This document shows positions 31,716-39,621 of a stretch of 64,000 nucleotides of DNA, in pieces. The DNA lies in NCBI GenBank assembly GCA_050290185.1, contig JBNKHE010000002.1, forward strand, positions 336,385 to 400,384, given 5' to 3'. Origin of the DNA: Pontiella sp. Its GTDB lineage: Bacteria; Verrucomicrobiota; Kiritimatiellia; Kiritimatiellales; Pontiellaceae. A program made the translations under genes and the position numbers. How positions within the stretch are numbered: position 1 is the stretch's first letter; each line of letters opens with the position of its first letter. The notes beneath the pieces were generated by a model that searched no databases, was not told the DNA's origin, and was given only the letters and a program-made list of their open reading frames with translations.

Positions 31716-34247
31716 TTATTTCCCGGCAACCAGTTCGGCGCGGCCGAAATACTGCGGGTTCAGCCAGGCCTGGTCGTGGGGATCGTGCCAGCTGATCTTG
31801 GCATCACGACCGCCCCGGCCGCGGTTGTCGTTCACCTGCACTTCGACACCGATGTGCGCCCCGACTTCGGGCGTGGTGCCGAGTTCGCTCCATGGAAACG
31901 ACACCTCAAAACAGTAGCCATTCGAAGTGTTTTTCATGGCCGTTTTGATGTCATGGATAGAACGCCCCTGGCTCTGAACGCACAGGGCTTCCGCCGCGAT
32001 CTTACGCCAGAGGAGTGCGAACTGGTACTGCGTGTCGCCATACCCGGCCGGCTTCGCATCCGTCGCATCGAGGTACAGTTCGATGCCATCGTTGAACTGC
32101 CAGGCCTGATCGGGATTATGCACGGGCGTGCTGTCCACGACTTCGATCAGCACATACAGCCGTTCTGCATCCCACAGCATCCGGTAGTTTCCGGCTATGG
32201 CATGTTCGCCCCCCCCGTTATCATAGATGGTTTTGGTCAGGTCATACTTCACGGCACCTTCCCAGGGCGCGGCGATTTTACCGTCAACAGCCGGAGCCTT
32301 AACCGTCTGTACAATGCGTGCCGGCGGCTGCTTCAGGAGTTCCTCCAGGCGCTCGCCCCACTCCTGTGCGGATGCTGCGGCCTGCTGCTGCTCAAGCGCG
32401 GAAACAATCTCTTGAAGTTTACCGAGCGGCTCAACCAATGCCGTCAGTGAAGGAATTCCGTTCATCCGGGCCTGTACCATAAGCGTTTCCGGTTGTTCAT
32501 CGGTCCAGATCGACAGGGTGGTCGACTCAAGCGGTCTGCCCAGCTGTGCAAAGGCATCTTTCAGGTTTTCCGCCATTTCGGCATCCGCCCCTGAATGGAA
32601 AGCACTCTGAATACCCGCCAACTGCACCAGGCCCGCAGCATTGATCAGGACCACTTTTTGCGATGTTCCAATCTGCTGGTTTAAAGTATCAGAAAGGATC
32701 CCTTCCTTCAGAACCGATGCTCCACCGCCCAATGCATCCAACGAGGCCTTTATGATTTCGGGCTCAAGCGCGATCACGACCGTGCGGTTGGTTTCCGCGA
32801 TCTGCAGGACGGGCATACCTTGCGATTCAGCCGAACGCTCCCGCAGCAGTTGCGCCACGGGGGCCGTATCCCGACAGGTCAGAACCAGGCCGGGCCTGAA
32901 CGGCATACCTTCAGGGATTGCGGCTTCGCCGGGCAGGGCGAACAGGGCCAACTGCTCGATGTTGTTTATAAATTCCGAAGGCAACGGCCCATTATGTCCA
33001 ATCTGAATCATCTGCTGAAGCTGCTGCAGCTGGGCCGGATTGTTCGTCGAATGTGCGATGCCGACGAGGTAGAATGCCTCTGGCGGTACCCCTTCGAACC
33101 CGGAAGCCTTCAGGGGCGGTGTCTTCAACAGCTCGTACCCCATGTTCGGCACCCCCTCCTTCAGATTTAGCATGGCATTCAGTCCGATACCATCGGGCTC
33201 GATGGCATGCGTTATCAGGAGATCATTTATGCCGGCCAGCCCCAGCATTCCGGCCATCATCTGAAAATTGGGCGGCAGGTCAGGGTGCTGTTGCAGCACA
33301 TGGTTGTAGAGCGTATCGACATCGATCCAGATCGTTGCAGCATTATGCTGCCGGGCCATTTTATCCACCTTGCCGAAGGTGCGGTTGCCGAAGGCAAGCG
33401 AAGGTTCCGTGGCAACGCCTTTGTATTGATTGATGCACGCCACCAGCCGCTCCTTCGGATAGGCAATGAAGATCACCTTGTCATCATATGCCATGCACGG
33501 ACCGTCCGGTATCTGTAGCGCAGTCATGCCTTCAATGGACCCGGACGGCTGCCCGGCCACACTCAGTCCGGCAATGATCATGCCGCGCAGCGCATCGCTC
33601 TCCCCCGGATGCATAATGCAGGTGAATGACGAATCCCCCTGGGGATCAAACTGAGGGCAGCCGACCGCCAGACTGCGTACTTTTTTCATCTCAGCCAGCA
33701 TGCTGGGATTGAAAAAGCGGGAGAGTGCCACTGCGGGCCCTGCGGGCATCGCAGCCCCGGTCGAGCGCATCATCTGCTCCAGCGGGTTCGATGTTGGCGA
33801 AACATCAAGCATCTCCAATGCAGTTTCGATCTGGCGGCCGGGACTGCCCAATTCGAGATACACCATCGTATCGGCCGGCATGAGGGATGCCGGGTCAAAA
33901 TACTGTAGCTTGTCGAGCATCTCCTGCGCCTTCTGCACCAGCGCGGTCCGGTCGGGAAAACGACTGACCAGCTGATTAAGCGCCGCGGCAGCCTTTTGGT
34001 CCTCACCAAGATGAACATGGCACATGCCCTTGCGATAGAGCGCCTGAACCACATGGTCCTGCGGCGACAGCGGATCGGCAATGATCTGGTCGTAACGATT
34101 GATCGCCGACGGCAGATCGCCCTCGATTTCCTCGGCATACAAAGCCTGCTGAAACAGCTCGCTCGATGCGGCCGCATAGGTACGGATGCCGGTCAGCAGA
34201 ACGATCGCTGCCAGCACGATGATTTGTTTCTGAAAGATCTTTTTCAT
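31716..34247 (-). CDS. Secreted paralog: TPR module, DUF3352-like core, CBM9-like domain (no LamG)
   Basis: Collinear with 28372-31470: 'ELFQQALYAEEIEGDLPSAI', 'FDPA.LMP..T..YLELGS.GRQIET.LEML', 'RDAKISW...AW..P..FGRAEL'. Confidence 0.8.
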   Translation of the reverse strand: MKKIFQKQIIVLAAIVLLTGIRTYAAASSELFQQALYAEEIEGDLPSAINRYDQIIADPLSPQDHVVQALYRKGMCHVHLGEDQKAAAALNQLVSRFPDRTALVQKAQEMLDKLQYFDPASLMPADTMVYLELGSPGRQIETALEMLDVSPTSNPLEQMMRSTGAAMPAGPAVALSRFFNPSMLAEMKKVRSLAVGCPQFDPQGDSSFTCIMHPGESDALRGMIIAGLSVAGQPSGSIEGMTALQIPDGPCMAYDDKVIFIAYPKERLVACINQYKGVATEPSLAFGNRTFGKVDKMARQHNAATIWIDVDTLYNHVLQQHPDLPPNFQMMAGMLGLAGINDLLITHAIEPDGIGLNAMLNLKEGVPNMGYELLKTPPLKASGFEGVPPEAFYLVGIAHSTNNPAQLQQLQQMIQIGHNGPLPSEFINNIEQLALFALPGEAAIPEGMPFRPGLVLTCRDTAPVAQLLRERSAESQGMPVLQIAETNRTVVIALEPEIIKASLDALGGGASVLKEGILSDTLNQQIGTSQKVVLINAAGLVQLAGIQSAFHSGADAEMAENLKDAFAQLGRPLESTTLSIWTDEQPETLMVQARMNGIPSLTALVEPLGKLQEIVSALEQQQAAASAQEWGERLEELLKQPPARIVQTVKAPAVDGKIAAPWEGAVKYDLTKTIYDNGGGEHAIAGNYRMLWDAERLYVLIEVVDSTPVHNPDQAWQFNDGIELYLDATDAKPAGYGDTQYQFALLWRKIAAEALCVQSQGRSIHDIKTAMKNTSNGYCFEVSFPWSELGTTPEVGAHIGVEVQVNDNRGRGGRDAKISWHDPHDQAWLNPQYFGRAELVAGK

Positions 34248-34289
34248 GGTTTTTCCCCGTTCAGGTTTTTGCTCACCGCAGGCGGGCCC

Positions 34290-34343
34290 ATTCCCGTCTG
34301 TTCGATGATGACGCTAGCTCAAGCGTGTTACCGTTTTGATACG
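34290..34343 (-). promoter_or_regulatory. Regulon promoter copy 2 (box 34326-34343)
   Basis: - strand CGTATCA-AAA-CGGTAACA, then 9 nt, then TAGCGT. Confidence 0.8.
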
Positions 34344-34365
34344 AACACATCCTATTGCCGACATT

Positions 34366-35343
34366 TTATTGCCCGGTCCCCGGAGGAGGATTCATATTGT
34401 TGATATCGATCAGGATCTTCCATGTTCCATCGGGCTGGCGCTGCCAGACATGCAGGCCCTTGCCGAAGAAGTCATGTACCTGGTCTCCCGTTTCGGCCGC
34501 TTTGAACTGCCAGTGAAAACCATTTACGACATAGGCCATCTTCCCATTACCGCCGGTGGTCACGACGTCGCACTCAATGCCGACCAGCGTCATCTGCTTT
34601 CGACCCGCCATAACCCAGTCACGGACTTGTTGCCTACCGACAAACCAGCCCGATTCGCCGCTTAAATATCGGACATCGTCGGTATAGGTATCGACAGCCG
34701 GTCCGACATTCTCGGTCAGAAAGATCCGGTGAAAGGTCTGCTCGAGTTCGGCAAGCTGCTCCAGCGTTTCTTCGACATCGTCGGCCCCATCGTCCGACGG
34801 AGCATCCACGATTGTAAATGGAATATCCTGAAGCGACTGCGCCCGCCAGTTCGCCAACTGGTCGGCAGAGGGGATCGGACGATTGTTCCATGCCTCAGCT
34901 GCACGCAACCAGGAGCCGTCAGTCTGCTTCATCCAAACCGTCACAAAATTTTTGGCGTTGGACTGCACCTGCTCCCGGCCGGTCAGGGCAAACCGATGGA
35001 CATAAACGCCGGTTTCATAAACATAGTCGCCGCACTTCCACAGCTGTCGGTTCAGTTTCTCCAATCCGTGCATGCTGGCCCCGCCGGCGGCATCCAGAAA
35101 GACGGAACTTATCTGTTCCCTGCCCCGGATCAACGGGAGCTCCTCGACCGCGCAAACGATATCAGGCGTCCAACAGGTCGCAAAGGCTTCGGCATCACGG
35201 TCGACGAATGCCTGCACCATCCGAGCCTGGTTTTCATCGAGCGCTTTAAGAATATTCTGCGTATCCGCCGGCGCAGCAAGTGTCCGACCCGAAACAAGCA
35301 TCATCGCACAAAGCGATATACTCATGAGTGCATTGGTTTTCAT
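34366..35343 (-). CDS. Secreted tandem NTF2/SnoaL-like (DUF4440/YybH-like) protein
   Basis: Signal peptide; two repeats ending 'VWMKQTDGSWLR..E.WN' and 'VWQRQPDGTWKILIDI.N'; GGAGG RBS. Confidence 0.8.
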   Translation of the reverse strand: MKTNALMSISLCAMMLVSGRTLAAPADTQNILKALDENQARMVQAFVDRDAEAFATCWTPDIVCAVEELPLIRGREQISSVFLDAAGGASMHGLEKLNRQLWKCGDYVYETGVYVHRFALTGREQVQSNAKNFVTVWMKQTDGSWLRAAEAWNNRPIPSADQLANWRAQSLQDIPFTIVDAPSDDGADDVEETLEQLAELEQTFHRIFLTENVGPAVDTYTDDVRYLSGESGWFVGRQQVRDWVMAGRKQMTLVGIECDVVTTGGNGKMAYVVNGFHWQFKAAETGDQVHDFFGKGLHVWQRQPDGTWKILIDINNMNPPPGTGQ

Positions 35344-35411
35344 GGCAACCTCCCCATTTGGTTAATGTCCGGTTCATACTATTAACGACGCCCCACATAC
35401 TGGATGGCATA

Positions 35412-35430
35412 TGTTACCGTTTTGATACGG
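35412..35430 (-). promoter_or_regulatory. Regulon box copy 3
   Basis: - strand CCGTATCA-AAA-CGGTAACA, then 9 nt, then CAGTAT. Confidence 0.78.
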
Positions 35431-35502
35431 TCATATCCAATTCCCGACAAAATACTACGGATTTACGCGGACTACAATCCTCTGCTCCGCGGGTACAGCA
35501 TT

Positions 35503-35688
35503 TCAGGAGTTCGTGCCCGCGCGCTGATCGGGTTGTGCGGCATCACTGGTCGGCTTGTCTTCCAAGGCCGTGTTGCGCTGGCGGCGGCGAATGGTCCGAT
35601 GAACTTTGATCGGCTGTCCATCGCGGTACCACGCGGCCGGGCCAAACCCGGCGATGGCAGGACTGGTAATGTTTGTGTTGATGTACAT
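35503..35688 (-). CDS. 61-aa hypothetical protein (MYINTN...)
   Basis: ATG preceded by GGGAGAAGATC and by the same leader and promoter as the two large paralogs. Confidence 0.6.
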   Translation of the reverse strand: MYINTNITSPAIAGFGPAAWYRDGQPIKVHRTIRRRQRNTALEDKPTSDAAQPDQRAGTNS

Positions 35689-35729
35689 GATCTTCTCCCG
35701 TTGAGGTTCCACTCATCACAAGCAGGCCC

Positions 35730-35784
35730 ATTCCCGCTTGTTCGATCATGAACCTAGGGAAAAGATATTACCGTTGTGTCACCG
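35730..35784 (-). promoter_or_regulatory. Regulon promoter copy 4 (box 35766-35784)
   Basis: - strand CGGTGACA-CAA-CGGTAATA, then 9 nt, then TAGGTT; the leader sits at the same 36-nt offset as copies 1 and 2. Confidence 0.75.
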
Positions 35785-35819
35785 CTTGATCCTTTTACAG
35801 ACAAAAAAAAGCAGCCTGA

Positions 35820-36341
35820 TTAAAGCGGCTTCAACGCCCCGCTACGATAGCGGGCCTGGAGAGCGACGTAGCGTTCGGCAAAACTTCGGATGTTGGCAAA
35901 GTCTTCTTCCGAGAGGGAGCGAATGACCCGGGCGGGAGTTCCGACGGCGAGCGAGCCGGCGGGTATCTTGCGGCCCTGGGCCACCAGCGCGCCGGCGCCG
36001 ATGATGCAGTTGTCGCCAATCTCGCACCCGTCGAGCAGGATCGCGCCCATACCGATCAGGCAGGTGTTCCCAATCTTACAAGCGTGCAGCATGACCTTGT
36101 GTCCGACGGTCACGTCGTCGCCTAGAATCGTGGGATGGTTGCGGCTGGTGTGGGCCACGGAGTTATCCTGGATATTGCTGCGCTCGCCGACGATGACCGG
36201 TTCGATGTCGCCGCGCAATACGCTGCCGAACCAAATGCTGGACTGGTTGCCCAGCCGCACATCGCCGATCACCTCGGCGGAATCGGCCACATAGTATTCC
36301 TCCGGCAAGGAGGGAATCCGCTCTTCAAATTGATAGATCAT
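35820..36341 (-). CDS. Gamma-carbonic anhydrase family / hexapeptide-repeat protein
   Basis: 'A.VIGDV.LG..SSIW..SVLRGD', 'SNIQDNSV.H', 'VTVGH...LH.C'. Confidence 0.92.
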   Translation of the reverse strand: MIYQFEERIPSLPEEYYVADSAEVIGDVRLGNQSSIWFGSVLRGDIEPVIVGERSNIQDNSVAHTSRNHPTILGDDVTVGHKVMLHACKIGNTCLIGMGAILLDGCEIGDNCIIGAGALVAQGRKIPAGSLAVGTPARVIRSLSEEDFANIRSFAERYVALQARYRSGALKPL

Positions 36342-36398
36342 GCGCAAAAAATAGCGCATCGCTCGCGGATTGGGAAGCGCTATAGCCCAGACGGGGAT

Positions 36399-37352
36399 TT
36401 ACAAAAAAGGGTTCACGGCAGCTCGCCACTGGTCTGGATTGGACGAAACATACGACCCATGACCGGCGTGAGCAAAGATTTCGAACTTCTTCGGTCCGGG
36501 AACAGCATCGTAGGCACGACGCCCTTCGGCGAGTTGCGCGCGAGAATCTTCCGCTCCATGCATGAACAGCGCCGGGCAATTAACCGATGCCGCGTAATCC
36601 ACCGGGTTATGGCGAAATCCGTTGAATCCGCATTGCTGCCCTCCCCAGAAAAGAAGCAGCTCGGCACTCGGGAACGAAGGAACATGCATCGTGTGGAACC
36701 GGTTGCATACCGTGTGCAGCATGGTATCGAAAACAGCCTCGACAATCACGGCATCGGGCTGAATACCGTATTTGTCCACAGCCCGAAGAATCGCCACAGC
36801 CCCCATGCTCTGGCCAAACAGAACACCTCTACCATGAGGAATGGAACGCTCGGCAAAACCAAAAACCGCCGCCACATCCTCGGCCTCGTCGACCCCAACC
36901 GTCGTGTAGGCTTCCGACGATCCCCCGGATCCCCTGAAATCGACCAGCAGCACGGAAGCTCCCAAATCGAGAAAGGCCTGTGCCTCTTTCAGCATGGCGG
37001 TCTTTTCAGCAGCATACCCATGAAACAGCATCACCAGAGGAGCGGTCTCGCCTCGGTTGCAATACCAAGCCTCAAGAGTAACGTCTTCCGATACGCCAAT
37101 GGACAGCACCTCGCAATTAGACGCAAGATCCGTGGGCAACAAACGACTGGATGGACGCGGCGTGTTTACTCCCCCGATCATGACTTTAATTTTCGCCCAG
37201 AAGGACAGATCCTCGGGGGTCTCCGTGCGCAATCCGGCCGACGCGAACCTCGTCATAGCCCGCGCCTGATTGTACGCAAGCACGTTGAGCCCTGCAAACC
37301 CAACTATTGCCAAGACCGCAACGGTTACCAGCACTCGCTTAACCATTTTCAT
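36399..37352 (-). CDS. Alpha/beta hydrolase with N-terminal anchor
   Basis: 'LFHGY', 'DFRGSGGS', nucleophile 'GQSMG', 'HGAED', 'AGH'. Confidence 0.9.
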   Translation of the reverse strand: MKMVKRVLVTVAVLAIVGFAGLNVLAYNQARAMTRFASAGLRTETPEDLSFWAKIKVMIGGVNTPRPSSRLLPTDLASNCEVLSIGVSEDVTLEAWYCNRGETAPLVMLFHGYAAEKTAMLKEAQAFLDLGASVLLVDFRGSGGSSEAYTTVGVDEAEDVAAVFGFAERSIPHGRGVLFGQSMGAVAILRAVDKYGIQPDAVIVEAVFDTMLHTVCNRFHTMHVPSFPSAELLLFWGGQQCGFNGFRHNPVDYAASVNCPALFMHGAEDSRAQLAEGRRAYDAVPGPKKFEIFAHAGHGSYVSSNPDQWRAAVNPFL

Positions 37353-37460
37353 GAAGCAGGAATGCCATAATCAGAAAGCATCCGTCAAACCATGCGATGG
37401 GACAACAGGACGTTCCACTTGTGGAACAATTTCCCAAGTCACTCTCATTACGAATCTAAT
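37278..37460. repeat. Direct repeat copy A (hydrolase 5' end plus upstream region)
   Basis: Shares 'caggaatgccataatcagaaagcatccgt', 'aaaccatgcg', 'gttccacttgtggaacaatt', 'actctcat', 'gaatctaa' with 38908-39076. Confidence 0.85.
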
Positions 37461-37553
37461 ATAGACTTAATATTTACTGATCCCTGATGAAGAAATAACC
37501 TGGAGTATGTTTTAAGTTGCGGGCATCAATCCCGGGTCAAGGCCCTGAAATCA

Positions 37554-38486
37554 CTATTGCTCCCGGACCTGCACCCGGTAGAATCTTCCTGCATTAGTGG
37601 CGGCGTCATAATTGCCAACGGAAATCGTCCCGTTCGATCCCGGAATATCTGAAGCAAGTGGAACCCAAACGTCATCCGCCAGATTGGTACAATACTCGAT
37701 CGTATAGAGCCGCGACGTTATCGCATAGAAATCAGGAAGCGAACCCGCGCCGAGACCCAATTGCCAATAACTGGCAGCATTGGTCGGCACGGTTCCACAG
37801 ACGTATTCCTCATAGTTACTGAAACCGTCATTATCCGGATCAAGATCAGCATCATTGATGTTTGTGTCGAGGCCATACAGTTCTTCCCATGCGTCCGGCA
37901 TGCCGTCGCCATCATCAACAATACCGGTCGGGGAGTAGTCGGCAGTGATTTCCAAATCATCAATGCGAATCCCAGCCCAATCACGAAGATAATAGCTGTT
38001 AGACTGCGTCAGAACAAAGCGCAACCGGATTTGCTGTCCGGCGTAATCCGACAATGAAATTGTCTTCAGGGTCCAGCCATCTTCGTAAATATACTGAGGA
38101 GTCGTATACAGCGTAGTGAAACTATTCCCGCCGTTCGTGGAAATGTGGACTTGGAATCTGGAACCGGCCAGAATGGCGAATTGCGAGAACGTCAATTCCG
38201 ACGAAGCATCCGGCACAAACACTTCGGTAAGCAGGAGCGAAGCATAGTCATTGGGCCCGGTAAACCAGCAATAGTCCGTAAGGCCGGCAAAAACCGATTC
38301 CCATCCATTATTCGTTCCGGTGATTTCCGAACCATCCGATACCCAAGGTCCCGTTTGCAGCGCCGACGGTTGCATTTCCCGTTGTTCAGCGTTAACAGGA
38401 GCCCCTTGGGCCAAAAAAACACAACACAACATTGATCCCATCAGTGCGTAGAATATCCGAAATTTATCGCCCAACATACTGTCCAC
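37554..38486 (-). CDS. Secreted protein: MAM/adhesin-like beta-sandwich, Asp-rich Ca-binding repeat, PVC-type C-terminal module
   Basis: 'LTFSQF', 'VHISTNGG', 'W....ISLSDYAGQQIRLRF', 'IRIDDLEI'; 'DGDGMPDAWE..YGL...DADLDPDNDG.SN.EEY..GT.P'; ends 'RFYRVQV'. Confidence 0.78.
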   Translation of the reverse strand: MDSMLGDKFRIFYALMGSMLCCVFLAQGAPVNAEQREMQPSALQTGPWVSDGSEITGTNNGWESVFAGLTDYCWFTGPNDYASLLLTEVFVPDASSELTFSQFAILAGSRFQVHISTNGGNSFTTLYTTPQYIYEDGWTLKTISLSDYAGQQIRLRFVLTQSNSYYLRDWAGIRIDDLEITADYSPTGIVDDGDGMPDAWEELYGLDTNINDADLDPDNDGFSNYEEYVCGTVPTNAASYWQLGLGAGSLPDFYAITSRLYTIEYCTNLADDVWVPLASDIPGSNGTISVGNYDAATNAGRFYRVQVREQ

Positions 38487-38648
38487 CCCTTTGTTACTTA
38501 AATCCCATTAAGCACAGCATCATTCGCGCTGACCTATGCACCCATTTAAGAAAGATTTCTATTGTGAAAACTCGTTGCCTGCCCGAACAAAGGCCACGGT
38601 TTCGTACATTATTTTTTTCGTTTAGCTCGAAGTCTTATTGGAATTCAT

Positions 38649-38896
38649 GGTAGATTACAAATTAAACTGTCCGGGTTTTATTTCTCATGCCGCCAACTCT
38701 TGCTCTCCCCGATCCTCAGCGGCTGCAATTCTGGCCATCTTTTGTAGATAGTTGTTGATCCTGTTCTCTACCTGCTAAATCTGTTTCCGGATAATTTCGC
38801 GATGTCGCATTCCGGGGAAATGAAACGCCGGATCATCCGACGGGCGCTCTCATTGCTTGCCCGCTTCAGCGATGAACAAGGGCGGGCGTAGTAGAT
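38649..38896 (-). mobile_element. Decayed IS30-family remnant: 3' end of the transposase plus right inverted repeat
   Basis: - strand reads IYYARPCSSLKRASNESARRMIRRFI.PECDIAKL, frameshift, RKQI*QVENRINNY...ELAA* (IS30 pattern Y.A.PYS.WERG.NEN.N..IR.F.PKG.D...E..IN..P). 'ggtagattacaaattaa' at 38649 resembles IS30-family ends. Confidence 0.75.
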
Positions 38897-38907
38897 TCAG
38901 GGAATAT

Positions 38908-39076
38908 CAATCACGTTGAGTTTTTATGCAAGACAGCAACGGCTAACTGGCATCGTTTAATCACTTTCACGAAACAGGAATGCCATAATCAGAAAGCATC
39001 CGTAAACCATGCGCTGGCACGACAGGATGTTCCACTTGTGGAACAATTCTACAAACAACTCTCATACTGAATCTAA
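38908..39076. repeat. Direct repeat copy B, containing a degenerate hydrolase 5' fragment
   Basis: - strand GTGAAAGTGATTAAACGA...CCGTTGCTGTCTTG...CTCAACGTGATTG parallels the hydrolase start ATGAAAATGGTTAAGCGA...CCGTTGCGGTCTTG...CTCAACGTGCTTG. Confidence 0.8.
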
Positions 39077-39090
39077 CACTGATGCAGCAT

Positions 39091-39540
39091 CTACCCAAGC
39101 TCGAGCATGGTCTTGCTAAGTTCGAGCTGTTCGTGCTCTTCCATGACGAGCAGGTTTTCAAATACTTCCTTGACCGCCGATGAAGGTGCGCGGGTGACCA
39201 TTTCGCTGTAGAACTTGATCAGGCAGGCATCAAAATGCATCGCCGCCGTTATCACGTCGTCGACATCCATATCCGGCTTGATTTTGAATTCGGTGATTTC
39301 CTTCAGCCGTGTGGCATCGGAGCCATACTGGTAGTAGGAATCCAGCACGTTCTTAGAGACATCCTTCTGAAATGCCGCCAGGCATTCGTCCAGATAATCC
39401 TCGTGACGGCTCATGTAGCCCAGCAGGGCGCGGGTCCGTTCCTTGCTTGAGGAATCCTTGAGTCCCTCATAGAACTCACTCAGCTTCTGGTGAAACTTCC
39501 GCGCTTGGTTCAATACGTCTTTCGTTTGATTGAATGGCAT
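39091..39540 (-). CDS. Ferritin-like four-helix hypothetical protein
   Basis: Start MPFNQ after GGAG; paired 'FY...' helices with 'SRHE' and 'MEEHE' motifs. Confidence 0.65.
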   Translation of the reverse strand: MPFNQTKDVLNQARKFHQKLSEFYEGLKDSSSKERTRALLGYMSRHEDYLDECLAAFQKDVSKNVLDSYYQYGSDATRLKEITEFKIKPDMDVDDVITAAMHFDACLIKFYSEMVTRAPSSAVKEVFENLLVMEEHEQLELSKTMLELG

Positions 39541-39621
39541 ATTTGCTCCCTTCTTTCTACGAAGGATTTTAAACCCGCCAACAGCGCTGTCAACCGGACC
39601 GCCCATCTCAATAGCGATCCC

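Noticed and set aside
28372..34247. Calling the CBM9 proteins xylanases linked to the xylose operon
   Set aside because: No glycoside hydrolase catalytic domain is recognisable, the xyl operon is over 20 kb away, and I did not see the regulon box in its promoter region.
31501..35784. Repeated ~55-bp units as a CRISPR array or integron attC sites
   Set aside because: Copies are hundreds to thousands of bases apart, sit upstream of start codons with promoter geometry, lack attC core sites, and no cas or integrase gene is present.
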